64,000 nucleotides of DNA from Elusimicrobia bacterium GWC2_64_44 (GCA_001799845.1 MGUG01000048.1:74944-138943); one strand, 5' to 3'; shown: positions 33,504 to 43,882, counted from the first letter of the stretch. The notes: generated by a model not told the origin, from the letters alone. Numbers and translations: made by a program.

Positions 33504-33790
33504 CGGTCGGACTCCTTGGGCGCGGGGAAGCGGTATTCGGTCTCGCCGGGGCGCAGCATGCTGAGCTCCCTGCGGGCGGCCTGCTCTATGGCGGGCTTCG
33601 CGCTCACTTCCGTGCGCTGCAGCCGCAATTCGCGGTGCTGCGCCTCCAGCCGCGCCTTCTCGGCGCCGAGGCGGCGGTACTCGCGGTAATTCTTCACCAG
33701 CGAGCGGAAGCCGCTGTTGCCCAGAAGCACAGCGGCGACGGCCGCCAGCAGGACGTATTTGAGGTTGAACCTGAAGCGCAGTGGTTTCAT
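33500..33790 (-). CDS. ftsB: FtsB/DivIC-family septum formation initiator
   Basis: 96 aa. A single N-terminal TM is followed by a coiled coil (YRRLGAEKARLEAQHRELRLQ) and IEQAARRELSMLRPGE. Confidence 0.7.
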   Translation of the reverse strand: MKPLRFRFNLKYVLLAAVAAVLLGNSGFRSLVKNYREYRRLGAEKARLEAQHRELRLQRTEVSAKPAIEQAARRELSMLRPGETEYRFPAPKESDR

Positions 33791-33803
33791 GGCGAGTCTG
33801 TAA

Positions 33804-33838
33804 AAAAGCCCCGTCCGGGTTTAGCGGGCGGGGCTTTT
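33804..33838 (-). terminator. Rho-independent terminator after eno
   Basis: AAAAGCCCCG...CGGGGCTTTT arms have further internal pairing. On the minus strand they are followed by a T-run. Confidence 0.7.
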
Positions 33839-33850
33839 CGTCGGGGCCGC

Positions 33851-35134
33851 TTACTTGAACTTGAAGACCATGTCCTTGGCGTACTTGGCCTTCTTGCCCA
33901 GTTCCTCCTCGATGCGGATGAGCTGGTTGTACTTGCACAGGCGCTCGGAGCGGCACGGCGCGCCGGTCTTGATGGCGCCGGCGTTCGTCGCGACGGCGAG
34001 GTCGGCTATGAAGGCGTCTTCGGTCTCGCCCGAGCGGTGGCTGATCACGGTGGCGTAGCCGGCCTTGTGGGCCATCTCGATGACGCGGATGGTCTCGGTC
34101 AGGGAGCCGATCTGGTTGAGCTTGATGAGGATGGCGTTGCCGATCTGCTCCTCGATGCCGCGCTTGAGGCGCTCGGGGTTGGTGACGAACAGGTCGTCGC
34201 CCACCACGCGGGCCTTCTTGGCCAGGCTCTTGGAGAGGTGGTCCCAGCCTTCCCAGTCGTCCTCGGCGAGCGGGTCCTCGTAGGAGACTATCGGGAAGTG
34301 TTTGCGCCACTCGGCGTACTTGGTCGTCATCTCGTTGGCGGTCAGGTTGGAACCCTCGAAGACGTAGCGGTCGTTCTGGAAGAACTCGCTGGCGGCGGAG
34401 TCCAGCGCTATCTGGACCTCCTTGAAGGTGTAGCCGGTCTCCTTGATGGCGTTGCAGATGGTCTCCAGCACGGCCTCGTGCGTGAAGATCTTCGGGGCGA
34501 AACCGCCCTCGTCGCCCACCGCGGTGGTGTAGCCGGCCTTGACCAGGATCTTCTTGAGGGTGTGGTAGACCTCGCAGCCCATGCGGATGGCGTCGGTGAA
34601 GTGCGGCGCGCCCGTCGGGACGATCATGAACTCCTGGATATTGATGCCGGAGTCAGCGTGCTTGCCGCCGTTGATGATGTTCATCATCGGGGCCGGGATG
34701 ATGAAGTCTTTGTGCTTGAGGCCGTAGGCCTTGCGGATATAGGCGTAGAGCGGGAGCTTGGCCGAGGCCGCGCCGGCGCGGGCCAGCGCCATGGAGACGG
34801 AGAGGATGGCATTGGCGCCCAGTTTGCTCTTGGTCTGGGTGTCGTCGAGCTTTATCATCATCTCGTCTATCTTGATCTGGTCGGCCTTGAGCCCGGTGAT
34901 CTCGTTGGCGATGGCTTTGTTGACGTTCTCCACGGCCTTGGCCACGCCCTTGCCCAGGTAGCGCTTGCCGCCGTCGCGCATTTCCAGCGCTTCGTGCGTG
35001 CCGGTGGAGGCGCCGCTCGGCACGGCCGCGCGGCCGAAAGAGCCGTCGGTCAGCATTACGTCGGCTTCCACGGTGGGAAAGCCGCGGGAGTCCAGTATTT
35101 CCCTGGCGGTGATTTTTTTGATTTTAGCGTCCAT
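33851..35134 (-). CDS. eno: Enolase
   Basis: 427 aa. It contains [20 protein letters not shown] and DDLFVTNP. Confidence 0.95.
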   Translation of the reverse strand: MDAKIKKITAREILDSRGFPTVEADVMLTDGSFGRAAVPSGASTGTHEALEMRDGGKRYLGKGVAKAVENVNKAIANEITGLKADQIKIDEMMIKLDDTQTKSKLGANAILSVSMALARAGAASAKLPLYAYIRKAYGLKHKDFIIPAPMMNIINGGKHADSGINIQEFMIVPTGAPHFTDAIRMGCEVYHTLKKILVKAGYTTAVGDEGGFAPKIFTHEAVLETICNAIKETGYTFKEVQIALDSAASEFFQNDRYVFEGSNLTANEMTTKYAEWRKHFPIVSYEDPLAEDDWEGWDHLSKSLAKKARVVGDDLFVTNPERLKRGIEEQIGNAILIKLNQIGSLTETIRVIEMAHKAGYATVISHRSGETEDAFIADLAVATNAGAIKTGAPCRSERLCKYNQLIRIEEELGKKAKYAKDMVFKFK

Positions 35135-35180
35135 GTATTTTTTCTCCTGGGGACCGGCGCCTTGAACTGCGCCCCGGGCC

Positions 35181-36680
35181 CTAAAATTTACCTGCCACTA
35201 TCTTCCTGCCGGCCTCGCAGAGGGCGGCTATTTTCTTCTGGTCCGCGGCCTCGGCGTAGAGGCGCACGGTAGGCTCGGCGCTGCCGGCGGGGCGCAGGCC
35301 CAGCCAGCTGCCGTCCTTCATGATGAACTTGAAGCCGTCGGTCTGGTCGATGCGCCAGACCGGGGCGCCGGCCAGGCTCAGCGGCGGGTTGAGCTTGAGC
35401 TTCTCCACCAGCCCTTCCATGTGCACGTTCTTGTCGAGCTGCAGGGTGAGCCGCGTGTTGGTGAAGGTGCCCACCTTCTTGGCCAGGTCCGCTATGATCT
35501 TCTTTATCGGCTTGCGCTCGTAGGCCACCATCTCCGCCATCAGCAGGCAGGCGAGGATGCCGTCCTTCTCGGGGACGTGGTTCATGATGGTCAGGCCGCC
35601 GGACTCTTCGCCGCCCAGCAGGTACTGCCCGGTGCGCATCAGGTTGCCGACGTGCTTGAAGCCGACGGCCGTCTCGCGCACTTCGAGGCCGTGCGACTTG
35701 GCTATGGCGTCCGTGAAATGGGAGGTCATCACCGAGCGGGCGACCTTGCCCTTGAGGCCGCGGTTCTTGGCCAGGTGCTCGAGGACCAGCCCCAGCACCA
35801 GGTTGGGGGAGATCCAGGTCCCGTCGGAATCTATCACGCCGAAGCGGTCGGCGTCGCCGTCGCAGGCCAGGCCCAGGTTCAGCTTGCCCTTCACCACGGC
35901 TTCCCGGAGGCCCTTGAGGTTCTCCTCGCCGGTGTCGGGGGCGCGCCCGCCGAACAGCACGTCGCGCTCCTCGCGCAGGCCGGTCACTTTGGCGCCGGCC
36001 CGCTCCAGCATGGGCCGCAGGTAGCCGCGGGCCGCGCCGTTGACGGAATCGGTCGCTATCTTCAGGCCGGCCTTCTTGATGGCGCCCAGGTCCAGCAGGG
36101 AAGAGAGCTGCTTGAAATAGTCCTCGCGGAAATCCTTCACCATGATGATGCCGGCCGTCACGCCGTGGTCGAAGGGGATGATCTTCTCCACCTCGGCGAT
36201 GGTCAGCGCCTGCACGCGGGCTTCGAGGTCCGCCGTGATCTCCGGCATGGCCGGGCCGCCCCAGTAGGGGGTCCACTTGACGCCGCTGTAGTAGGGCTGG
36301 TTCTGGCTCGCCGTGAGCATCAGCCCGCCGGAGGCGTCGTTCTTCATGACCTCGAAAGCCACCACCGGCGTCGGGGTGTCGGAATGGGAGATTATGGCGG
36401 TGATGCCCTCCGAGGCGATGGCCTCGGCGGCGTTCTTCGCGAAATCCTCGGACATGTAGCGGGTGTCGTACCCGATGACGATCTTCGCCGTTTTCGGCGC
36501 GGGCTTGCCGGCTTTGCGGAGGCTGAGCAGGAATTCCTCGCCCTTGTAGCCGTATTCCCGGTTTTCCTTTACATGCTCGGCGGCGGCATGGGCCACGCGG
36601 CGCAGGGTAGCAAGGTTGAACTCTTCGCCGATCACGGCTCTCCAGCCAGAGGTGCCGAACTTGATATTAGGGGTCGCCAT
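35181..36680 (-). CDS. Alpha-D-phosphohexomutase family (phosphoglucomutase/phosphomannomutase) with atypical active-site loop
   Basis: Trimmed to [14 protein letters not shown] (499 aa). It contains DGDADR (Mg loop), GGEESGG (sugar loop) and RPAGSAEP (phosphate loop). The phosphoserine loop reads TASQNQ instead of TASHNP. Confidence 0.8.
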   Translation of the reverse strand: MATPNIKFGTSGWRAVIGEEFNLATLRRVAHAAAEHVKENREYGYKGEEFLLSLRKAGKPAPKTAKIVIGYDTRYMSEDFAKNAAEAIASEGITAIISHSDTPTPVVAFEVMKNDASGGLMLTASQNQPYYSGVKWTPYWGGPAMPEITADLEARVQALTIAEVEKIIPFDHGVTAGIIMVKDFREDYFKQLSSLLDLGAIKKAGLKIATDSVNGAARGYLRPMLERAGAKVTGLREERDVLFGGRAPDTGEENLKGLREAVVKGKLNLGLACDGDADRFGVIDSDGTWISPNLVLGLVLEHLAKNRGLKGKVARSVMTSHFTDAIAKSHGLEVRETAVGFKHVGNLMRTGQYLLGGEESGGLTIMNHVPEKDGILACLLMAEMVAYERKPIKKIIADLAKKVGTFTNTRLTLQLDKNVHMEGLVEKLKLNPPLSLAGAPVWRIDQTDGFKFIMKDGSWLGLRPAGSAEPTVRLYAEAADQKKIAALCEAGRKIVAGKF

Positions 36681-36764
36681 AGATGTAGGAAATATAGCAT
36701 AAGAGAGCAAAAAAAGCAAAGAGGCGGCCGGCCCGGCCGATATTTTTGTAAAATATAAACCCGA

Positions 36765-37250
36765 ATGAAATATATACTTATAATCTGCGCGCTGCTGGCC
36801 CAGCCGCTCGCCGCCGCGGACGGCGCCGCGGAGCTGGAGCTCAGGGGCTACCTTTCCGCGTGGACGCAGGCTTGCGCCGGCGCTTCCTGCCAGCTGCCCA
36901 AACCCGGGGAGCGCAGCCGGCCCGTCGCCCTGCGGCTGGCCCTGCCTTCGGCTCCCGGAGAGGCCGCGGCCGCCCACGCATCGGAGAAGCTGCTGCTGCC
37001 AGGAGGCGGAGAGCTGGAAGTGGACCTGGATTTTTACGCCGTCTGCCCCTATGCCGGCAAGGCCGCCGCCCCCGCGCCCTGCGCCGGGCGCTATTTCCAG
37101 GCGCAGGTCTCCCTGTCCGGCCCGGCCGGCGCCTTCTGCGCCGCCGCCCTCAACGCTGACGACTTCGCCCCTTTTCCCGTCCTGATGTGCGCCGGCCCCG
37201 GCCAGGCCGGCCTTCGCTACGGCGTCACCCTGCACCGCCAGCCCCTCTGA
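36765..37250 (+). CDS. Secreted hypothetical protein
   Basis: 161 aa with a signal peptide (MKYILIICALLAQPLAAA). It is Cys-containing and Ala/Pro-rich, with no recognisable motif. Confidence 0.45.
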   Translation: MKYILIICALLAQPLAAADGAAELELRGYLSAWTQACAGASCQLPKPGERSRPVALRLALPSAPGEAAAAHASEKLLLPGGGELEVDLDFYAVCPYAGKAAAPAPCAGRYFQAQVSLSGPAGAFCAAALNADDFAPFPVLMCAGPGQAGLRYGVTLHRQPL

Positions 37251-37253
37251 CCT

Positions 37254-37937
37254 ATGGCTAAAGAAAAAATAAACCTCTTCTCCGGGCATTATCACACGCC
37301 TGAGCTCGCCGCCTACTTCTCCAGTCTGACCGCCGCCGACGAAGGCTACGCCGCCCATGTCATAGAAGCCATGGAGAAGGCCGGCGTACGCGGCTCCGCC
37401 GTCACGGCGCTCGAGGGCAAGCTGCTCGAAACGCTGGCGCGCCTGTCCGGCGCTAAAAAGGCCGTGGAGATCGGCACGCTCTACGGCTACTCCGCCCACT
37501 GGCTGGCCCGGGGCCTGCCCGAAGGCGCGCGCCTCTACTCGCTGGAGTCGGACCCCGCCTGCGTGAACGCGGCCAAGGACGGCGTCGAGGCCTCCTCTCT
37601 CTCCCGCAAGGTCACCGTGATGGAGGGCCCGGCGCTGGAGAACCTCAAGACGCTGGCCAAGCTCGGCCCCCACGACCTTTGCTACATCGACGCCGACGTC
37701 GTGAATTATCCGGCCTACCTGCGCTGGGCGGCCGCCAACTTGCGGCCGGGCGGCCTGGTGCTGGCCGCCGGCGCTTTCTTCAAGGGCAAGATCTGCTACG
37801 AGGGCGACGACGCGGCCGACAACGCCGGCGCCCGCGCTATGCGCGAGTTCTTCCACGTGCTCTTCGACGCGGACCGCTTCGTTTCCGCTTCCCTCATCCC
37901 GACGGGGGAAGGCCTGGCGCTGGGCATAAAAGGATGA
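37254..37937 (+). CDS. Class I SAM-dependent O-methyltransferase (family 3-like)
   Basis: 227 aa. It contains AVEIGTLYGYSAHWLA (SAM-binding motif I) and YIDADVVNYPAYL. Confidence 0.75.
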   Translation: MAKEKINLFSGHYHTPELAAYFSSLTAADEGYAAHVIEAMEKAGVRGSAVTALEGKLLETLARLSGAKKAVEIGTLYGYSAHWLARGLPEGARLYSLESDPACVNAAKDGVEASSLSRKVTVMEGPALENLKTLAKLGPHDLCYIDADVVNYPAYLRWAAANLRPGGLVLAAGAFFKGKICYEGDDAADNAGARAMREFFHVLFDADRFVSASLIPTGEGLALGIKG

Positions 37938-39088
37938 GGAAGCTGCTGCTGCCCGCGGCGCTCCTGCTGCTCTCCGCCTGCTCCGGCCAGCCGGCCGAGC
38001 GCCCGGCGCTGGCCAAGAAAGGCCAGCCGGCCCCGCAGATAACCCTGCCTAAATTGCTCAACGCCCCGGTCAAAGAGCTGCGGAACTGGGACGCGCTCGA
38101 GGGCAAGGTGGTGGTGCTGGAGTTCTGGGCCACCTGGTGCGAGCCCTGCGTCGACTATATCCCAAAGCTCAACCTGCTGGCCGAGCGCTTCCGCGGCAAG
38201 CCTGTGGTCTTCCTGCACGTCACCGACGAGAGCGAAGAGGACGTGCGCGAATTCCTGAAACTCAACCGCATAGACGGCTGGATAGCGCCCGAGGCCGCGG
38301 CTGAGGTCTTCAAGGCCTTCAGGGTCTACGGGCGGCCGCACACCGTGCTGATCGGCCGCGACGGCTCCGTGGCGGGCTTCCCGCACGGCGACCTGGATGC
38401 CGAGACGGTGATGGAGCTGCTGGCCGGGCAGTATACCCGGAAAGAAACCAGGGAACCGGTACTTTCCACCGGCGCCGCGCTGGCCGAGTTCTACCTCGCC
38501 CGCTCAGAAGCGCATTCCGGCACCGCGCAGTACGGCCCGGCCTCGCTCACCGCCTCCGGGATGTCGCTCGAGTACGCGCTGGAATGGCTTTACGGCGAGG
38601 TGGACAGGTTCGATATCAAGCCCTCCGCCGCGGGCGAGCTTAGCTCCTCCTACGACATCCGCTTCCGCCTGCCGGTCTCCCGCGCCGGCCAGAAGAAAGA
38701 ATTTTTCCTGAAGGGGCTGGAGTCCTCGCTGGGGCTGAGGGTGAGCAGGACCGAACGGGAGGGGGAAGTTTATGTCCTTAAGAAAATGCCCGGCGGGCCG
38801 ATAAACGTCAAGGAACGCCGGGAATACGGCGGCGCCGAACTTAACGGCGCCGTGCTGGAAGTGAAGGGTTCCGGTTTCGGCGTGCTGGCCTCGCGGCTGA
38901 AAGAGGTACTGCGGGAGCCGGTGCTGGACGAAACCAAAGAACCCGGCCCCTACGAATACGAATTCGAGCTGGACAGCGCGGACCCGAAGGCCATAGACGC
39001 GCTGCTGCAGCGGCAGCTGGGGCTCAAGCTGGCGCGCCAGCTCCGGAAGCTGACGGTAGTCGAGATCTCAAAGCCCGCCGCGAAATGA
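37934..39088 (+). CDS. Lipoprotein: TlpA-like thioredoxin domain fused to a TIGR03435-like C-terminal domain
   Basis: Trimmed to MRKLLLPAALLLLSAC (lipobox LSAC). It has the redox motif WATWCEPC. The C-terminal roughly 240 aa end in LLQRQLGLKLARQLRKLTVVEI, which resembles the TIGR03435 family as I recall it. Confidence 0.6.
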   Translation: MRKLLLPAALLLLSACSGQPAERPALAKKGQPAPQITLPKLLNAPVKELRNWDALEGKVVVLEFWATWCEPCVDYIPKLNLLAERFRGKPVVFLHVTDESEEDVREFLKLNRIDGWIAPEAAAEVFKAFRVYGRPHTVLIGRDGSVAGFPHGDLDAETVMELLAGQYTRKETREPVLSTGAALAEFYLARSEAHSGTAQYGPASLTASGMSLEYALEWLYGEVDRFDIKPSAAGELSSSYDIRFRLPVSRAGQKKEFFLKGLESSLGLRVSRTEREGEVYVLKKMPGGPINVKERREYGGAELNGAVLEVKGSGFGVLASRLKEVLREPVLDETKEPGPYEYEFELDSADPKAIDALLQRQLGLKLARQLRKLTVVEISKPAAK

Positions 39089-39510
39089 AAAGACTGTCCT
39101 CCAAGCCCACCGTCTACCTGATAGACGGCTCCAACTTCTCCATGCGCTTCTGGGAGAAGGCCGGCGGCGCCAAACCCGACGAGCTGGAGCGGGAGTTCCT
39201 CGCCTGGCTGGCGGAGGCCGCCCGCACCGAGGCGCTGCGCGCCTCCTGCTTCCGGGTGGTCTTCGACGGGCCCTGGCGCAAGCCCGGGGCCTCGGGGCCG
39301 TCCATCACCGTTTATTACAGCGAGGGCGAACCGGCCGACGAGATGCTGGCGGAGCGCGGCTACTTCATGCAGACGGAAGGCATCCGCGCCTTCATAGTCA
39401 CGTCGGACAACGGCCTGCGCGACCGCGCCCGCGCCGAAGGGGTGAAGACGCTGGACTGCGAGACCTTCCAGCGCCTGGTCACCGCCGAGCTCCGCAAGGA
39501 AACCCGGTAA
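39085..39510 (+). CDS. NYN/YacP-like predicted RNA-binding nuclease
   Basis: 141 aa. It contains VYLIDGSNF...VVFDG...FIVTSDNGLRDRA. There is an ATGA overlap with the upstream gene. Confidence 0.6.
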   Translation: MKRLSSKPTVYLIDGSNFSMRFWEKAGGAKPDELEREFLAWLAEAARTEALRASCFRVVFDGPWRKPGASGPSITVYYSEGEPADEMLAERGYFMQTEGIRAFIVTSDNGLRDRARAEGVKTLDCETFQRLVTAELRKETR

Positions 39511-39676
39511 CCTGAATCCAGCAGGATTCCCCGCGCAGCGGGCGGAGGGCCAAGCGCTATGCGCGCCAGGCCCGACGAGGTGTATGCCTCCCGAAGGGCG
39601 CCCGCTATGCGGGCGGAAAGTTGCAACAGCAACTTTTAGGCTAAATTTGTAGAATAGTAAGGTTGTATCGGCTTCA

Positions 39677-39760
<84 letters not shown>

Positions 39761-39792
39761 AGCAGATTTGCGGATATTTTCTGGAGGCTAAC

Positions 39793-40419
39793 ATGGGATT
39801 CGCTCCTGCGGGTATTAAACTGATAGTCGGCGGCGTGCTGGCCGCGGCCATAGGCGGCGTGGTGATAGTCTGGTGCCGGGTCACCGGCATGACCATCCTG
39901 GGCCTGGGCCTGGTCTTCGCCGCCTTCTCCGCCTATTTCTTCCGCGACCCCGAGCGCGACAAGGTCTTCGCCCCCGGCGAGATCGCCTGCCCGGCCGACG
40001 GCACCGTGATGACCGTCAGGAACGAGGGCAAGCCCGGCATCACCGTCGTGCGCATCTTCCTCTCCGTGCTCAACGTCCACGTGCAGCGCGCCCCGATGGA
40101 AGGTAAAGTCGAAAAGACCCTTTATACCAAGGGCAAGTTCGCCATCGCCTACAAGCCAGAGGCCGCCGATAACGAGCGCAACCTGATCCGCATCGCCGGC
40201 GAGTACGGCCGCTTCGTGGAGATAGAGCAGATCACCGGCTCGATAGCGCGCCGCATCGCCTGCTACGTCAAGGAAGGCCAGGCCGTGCGGCAGGGCGAGC
40301 GCGTGGGCATGATCTACTTCGGTTCGCAGGTGGCCGTCTACCTGCCGGACACCGTGCGTGTGCTGGTGAATCCCGGCGACAAGGTGGAAGGCGCCGAGAC
40401 CGTGCTGGCCCTCTGGTAA
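39793..40419 (+). CDS. psd: Phosphatidylserine decarboxylase (short, Asd-type proenzyme)
   Basis: Trimmed to MGFAPAGIKLIV (208 aa). It has two N-terminal TM helices and the self-cleavage motif in MIYFGSQV. Confidence 0.8.
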   Translation: MGFAPAGIKLIVGGVLAAAIGGVVIVWCRVTGMTILGLGLVFAAFSAYFFRDPERDKVFAPGEIACPADGTVMTVRNEGKPGITVVRIFLSVLNVHVQRAPMEGKVEKTLYTKGKFAIAYKPEAADNERNLIRIAGEYGRFVEIEQITGSIARRIACYVKEGQAVRQGERVGMIYFGSQVAVYLPDTVRVLVNPGDKVEGAETVLALW

Positions 40420-40429
40420 GGTTTAAATC

Positions 40430-41227
40430 ATGGAAGAGATACACGAAAAAAAGCGCATAGACATGGTCAAGCTGAAGAAGACAGGCGCCATCGTGCTGCC
40501 GTCCATCTTCACCATCGCCAACATGGCCTTCGGCTTCTTCGCGATCCTGCTGGCCTCCGAGGGCCGGTTCGTGCAGGCGGCCTGGTTCATCGTCGTATCC
40601 TACGCCATGGACATGCTCGACGGGCGCGTGGCGCGCCTGGTGCACGGCGAGAGCTCCTTCGGCGTGGAGATAGACTCCCTCTCCGACTGGATCTCGTTCG
40701 GCATCGCGCCCGCCTACATGATCTACAAGCTCGCGCTGAAGGATTACGGCATGTGGGGCTACCCGGTGGCCTTCCTCTACGTGCTCTGCGGCGCGCTGCG
40801 GCTGGCGCGCTACAACGTCAAGTCCCATTTCGGCGGCAGCGACAAGGATTACTTCCAGGGCCTGCCCATCCCCGGCGCCGCGGGCGTGATGATCTCCTTC
40901 GTGCTGGCCTACAGCATGCTCGAGGGGGAGGGCGGCACGCGCAGCATCCCCCAGGTGATGGCGCTGATGCCGTACGTCTACGCGGCCATCCCGTTCATCG
41001 TCGTGACGCTGGCGCTGCTGATGGTGTCCAACGCGCCGTACGCCGCCTTCAAGGGCGACAAGGTGAAGCTGAGCTCCATCAAGGGCATACTGCTGGTCAC
41101 CGCCGTGCTGTCGCTGGTGGTAGCCTACCCGCAGGACGCGATGTTCGTGTTCTTCTCCATCTACGCCTTGTCGGGGCTGATAGGCGGCGTCTACAACGCC
41201 GTGAGGGGCAAACCCGCCACGGCCTGA
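40430..41227 (+). CDS. pssA: CDP-diacylglycerol--serine O-phosphatidyltransferase
   Basis: 265 aa. DMLDGRVARLVHGESSFGVEIDSLSD matches the CDP-alcohol phosphatidyltransferase motif D-x2-DG-x2-AR-x8-G-x3-D-x3-D. Confidence 0.85.
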   Translation: MEEIHEKKRIDMVKLKKTGAIVLPSIFTIANMAFGFFAILLASEGRFVQAAWFIVVSYAMDMLDGRVARLVHGESSFGVEIDSLSDWISFGIAPAYMIYKLALKDYGMWGYPVAFLYVLCGALRLARYNVKSHFGGSDKDYFQGLPIPGAAGVMISFVLAYSMLEGEGGTRSIPQVMALMPYVYAAIPFIVVTLALLMVSNAPYAAFKGDKVKLSSIKGILLVTAVLSLVVAYPQDAMFVFFSIYALSGLIGGVYNAVRGKPATA

Positions 41228-41239
41228 ACCTGGCCGCGC

Positions 41240-41277
41240 AAAGAAAAAGCCCGGGAAAGTTCCCGGGCTTTTTCTTT
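41240..41277. terminator. Bidirectional rho-independent terminator
   Basis: The arms AAAGAAAAAGCCCGGGAA / TTCCCGGGCTTTTTCTTT are perfectly complementary and lie between convergent pssA and metG. Confidence 0.85.
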
Positions 41278-41290
41278 GGCGTCCGCCGGT

Positions 41291-42796
41291 TCAGTTGGTC
41301 TTGACGTCGCCGGTCTTCTCGTCTACCTTGCGGGGGAAGAGCGGGGGCACTTTCTTCGGTTCGGTACCGTCGGCGGTCCTGCCCACGCCGAGCTGCAGGT
41401 GCATCCGGCTCGCGGTGTCGGGCATGAACGGGTCTATCCAGCCGGCTATCAGGCGCAGGCACCAGACCATCTCGTCGAGGAAGAGCTTCAGGGCGGCCGG
41501 GTCTTTCTTGGCCATCTCCCAGGGCTTCTTCTCGTTGACCAGGTGGTTGAGGCGGCTCACGGCCTTCCAGATCTTTTCCAGCGCGTCGCTGAACTGCAGC
41601 TCCTCTATGGAGCGGTGTATCTCGGGCGTCCAGGTCTGGAACTCGCCGAAGATGACCGAGCCTTCCGGCTTTTCCGGCAGCTGGTGGTCAAGGTACTTGG
41701 CGGCCATGTTCATCAGGCGGGAGAACAGGTTGCCCAGGTCGTTGGCCAGGTCGGCGTTGTAGCGGCGCTTGAACGCCTCCATCGAGAAGTCCCCGTCCTG
41801 GCCGAACGAGACTTCCCGGAAGATGAAATAGCGCAGCGCGTCCACGCCGTACTCCTGCACCACGTCCTCGGCCTTTATGAAGTTGCCCTTGGACTTGGAC
41901 ATCTTGTCGCCGTTGATGGTCCACCAGCCGTGCGCGTACACCTTGCGCGGCAGCTCTACGCCCAGCGCCATCAGCATGGCGGGCCAGATCACGCCGTGGA
42001 AGCGGAAGATCTCCTTTCCCACCAGGTGCACATCGGCGGGCCAGAGCGTCGGGAACTCCGGCGAGGAGCCGGCCGGGTTATAGCCGGGCCCGGTGGCGTA
42101 GTTCAGCAGCGCGTCGAACCAGACGTAGACGGTGTGCTTGGGATTGGACTTTACCGGCACGCCCCAGGCCACCTTGGTGCGCGATATCGAGATATCCTTC
42201 AGGCCCGACTTCACGAAATTGATCAGCTCCTGCGCGCGGTAGCGGGGGGAGAGGAAGTCGGGGTGCTTCTCGTAATACTCCAGCAGCGCGCCCTCGTACT
42301 TGGACAGCCTGAAGAAATAGGTCTCCTCGCTGACGTGCTCCACCGGCTTGCCGTGCACGGGGCAGTTCTTCTCCTTCAGCTCTCCCTCGTCGTAGAAGGC
42401 CTCGCAGGAGCGGCAGTAAAGCCCCTCGTAGGAGCCCAGGTAGACGTCGCCGGTCTTGAGCAGCTGCTCGAACACGGCCTGCACGCCGGCCTCGTGCGCC
42501 GGGTCGGTGGTACGGATGAAGTAGTCGTATTTCACGTTGAGCGTCTTCCACAGCTCGCGGAAGGCGGCCGAGATGCCGTCGCACCAGACCTTGGGCTCTA
42601 CGCCTTTTTCTTTGGCGATCTTCTCGATGTTGGAGCCGTGCTCGTCCGTGCCGGTCTGGAAATGCACCGGGATGTCCTTGTTGCGCAGATGGCGGGCCAG
42701 GACGTCGGCGGCCAGCGTGGTATAGGCGTGGCCTATGTGCGGCTTGTCGTTGACGTAGTAGAGGGGCGTGGTGATGTAATATTTTTTGTTTTTCAT
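41291..42796 (-). CDS. metG: Methionyl-tRNA synthetase
   Basis: Trimmed to MKNKKYYITTPLYYVN (501 aa). It contains the HIGHAYT (HIGH) and KMSKS motifs and Zn-knuckle Cys residues (CRSCEAF...CPVHG). Confidence 0.95.
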   Translation of the reverse strand: MKNKKYYITTPLYYVNDKPHIGHAYTTLAADVLARHLRNKDIPVHFQTGTDEHGSNIEKIAKEKGVEPKVWCDGISAAFRELWKTLNVKYDYFIRTTDPAHEAGVQAVFEQLLKTGDVYLGSYEGLYCRSCEAFYDEGELKEKNCPVHGKPVEHVSEETYFFRLSKYEGALLEYYEKHPDFLSPRYRAQELINFVKSGLKDISISRTKVAWGVPVKSNPKHTVYVWFDALLNYATGPGYNPAGSSPEFPTLWPADVHLVGKEIFRFHGVIWPAMLMALGVELPRKVYAHGWWTINGDKMSKSKGNFIKAEDVVQEYGVDALRYFIFREVSFGQDGDFSMEAFKRRYNADLANDLGNLFSRLMNMAAKYLDHQLPEKPEGSVIFGEFQTWTPEIHRSIEELQFSDALEKIWKAVSRLNHLVNEKKPWEMAKKDPAALKLFLDEMVWCLRLIAGWIDPFMPDTASRMHLQLGVGRTADGTEPKKVPPLFPRKVDEKTGDVKTN

Positions 42797-42801
42797 TTGT
42801 T

Positions 42802-43878
42802 TCAGTCCGGTCTTACCAGGTCTTCCAGCTTTACTCCGGCGCGCTCGCTCTCGAGCAGCGCGGTCTCCAGCAGCAGCATGTAGGAAACGTTGCGGTCGGC
42901 CATGCGGCGCAGGTCCAGCGTGCGGCGCAGCAGGGCGGTGTAGCGGGCCTTGGCCGGGCCTTCGGCGCCGCGCCAGGCCAGCCGCGTCTTGGCCAGCACC
43001 AGGTCCAGCAGGGTCTTCACCTCGTCGCGGGCCTTGTGGCTGTCGCGAGGAAGGCCGGAGGCGAACTTGAAGGCCCGCGCCGGGTCGCCGGGGCGCAGCG
43101 CCGAGATCCTCTTGAGGAAGGCCGCGGCCTCGCCGGCCTTCTCCAGGGAGCCCACGCCCAGCGCCGCCAGCGCGGCGGCCTGGGCGGGGTCGGTGCCCTG
43201 CGCCTCCAGGATGGCCTTGAGGGCGGCTTTGGGCAGCGGCGCGAAATCTATTATGCAGGAGCGCGACAGGATGGTGGACAGCAGCGCGGTCTTGCGCGAG
43301 ATGGTCATTATCACCGTGGTGCCGGGGGGCGGCTCTTCCAGCGTCTTCAGGATAGCGTTCTGCGCGTTGCCCAGCATGGCCTCGGCGTCGCGCACGATGA
43401 AGACCTTCCAGGGCGAGAGCATGGACTTCTGCTGCGTCCACCGCGTCATCTCGCGCATGATCTCTATCTTCAGATTGGAGGTTTCCTCTTCTTTGAGGAA
43501 AGCCGCCTGCGTTTCGGTGTCTATCACGCGGATGTCCGGGTGCGCGCCGCTGGTGGCCTGCCGGCAGCTCAGGCAGACGCCGCAGGAGTCCGACTTGTCG
43601 GCGTGCACCTTGAGGGGCGGCAGTTCCGGCCCGGGAGGGGGCGGCGGCGCGGCCGCGGCGAAAAGGTCGTCGGGATCGGGCGGTGGCGGCGCGGGGCGGG
43701 TCTCCCGGTGCTCGGTGTGGGAGCAGTTCAGCGCCTTGGCGAATTCCAGCGCGGCCAGGAATTTGCCCACGCCGGGCGGGCCGTGGAAGATCAGGGCCGG
43801 CGGCACGCGGCCGGACTCGATCATGGCGCGCAGCCGCTGGGCGGTCTTGTCCTGGCCGAGGAGTGAGGAGAATGACAT
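42802..43878 (-). CDS. holB: DNA polymerase III delta-prime subunit
   Basis: 358 aa. It contains GPPGVGKF and CGVCLSCRQ. A Pro-rich insertion of about 35 aa (RPAPPPPDPDD...PPPPPGPELPP) precedes the Zn module. Confidence 0.8.
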   Translation of the reverse strand: MSFSSLLGQDKTAQRLRAMIESGRVPPALIFHGPPGVGKFLAALEFAKALNCSHTEHRETRPAPPPPDPDDLFAAAAPPPPPGPELPPLKVHADKSDSCGVCLSCRQATSGAHPDIRVIDTETQAAFLKEEETSNLKIEIMREMTRWTQQKSMLSPWKVFIVRDAEAMLGNAQNAILKTLEEPPPGTTVIMTISRKTALLSTILSRSCIIDFAPLPKAALKAILEAQGTDPAQAAALAALGVGSLEKAGEAAAFLKRISALRPGDPARAFKFASGLPRDSHKARDEVKTLLDLVLAKTRLAWRGAEGPAKARYTALLRRTLDLRRMADRNVSYMLLLETALLESERAGVKLEDLVRPD

Positions 43879-43882
43879 GTGC

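Noticed and set aside
39511-39676. Small hairpins (GAATCC-AGCA-GGATTC, GCGCTATGCGC, GCCCGC-TAT-GCGGGC) upstream of the tRNA as a possible ncRNA or repeat element.
   Set aside because: They are short, GC-rich and individually weak. I found no conserved ncRNA core and no recurrence elsewhere in the window.
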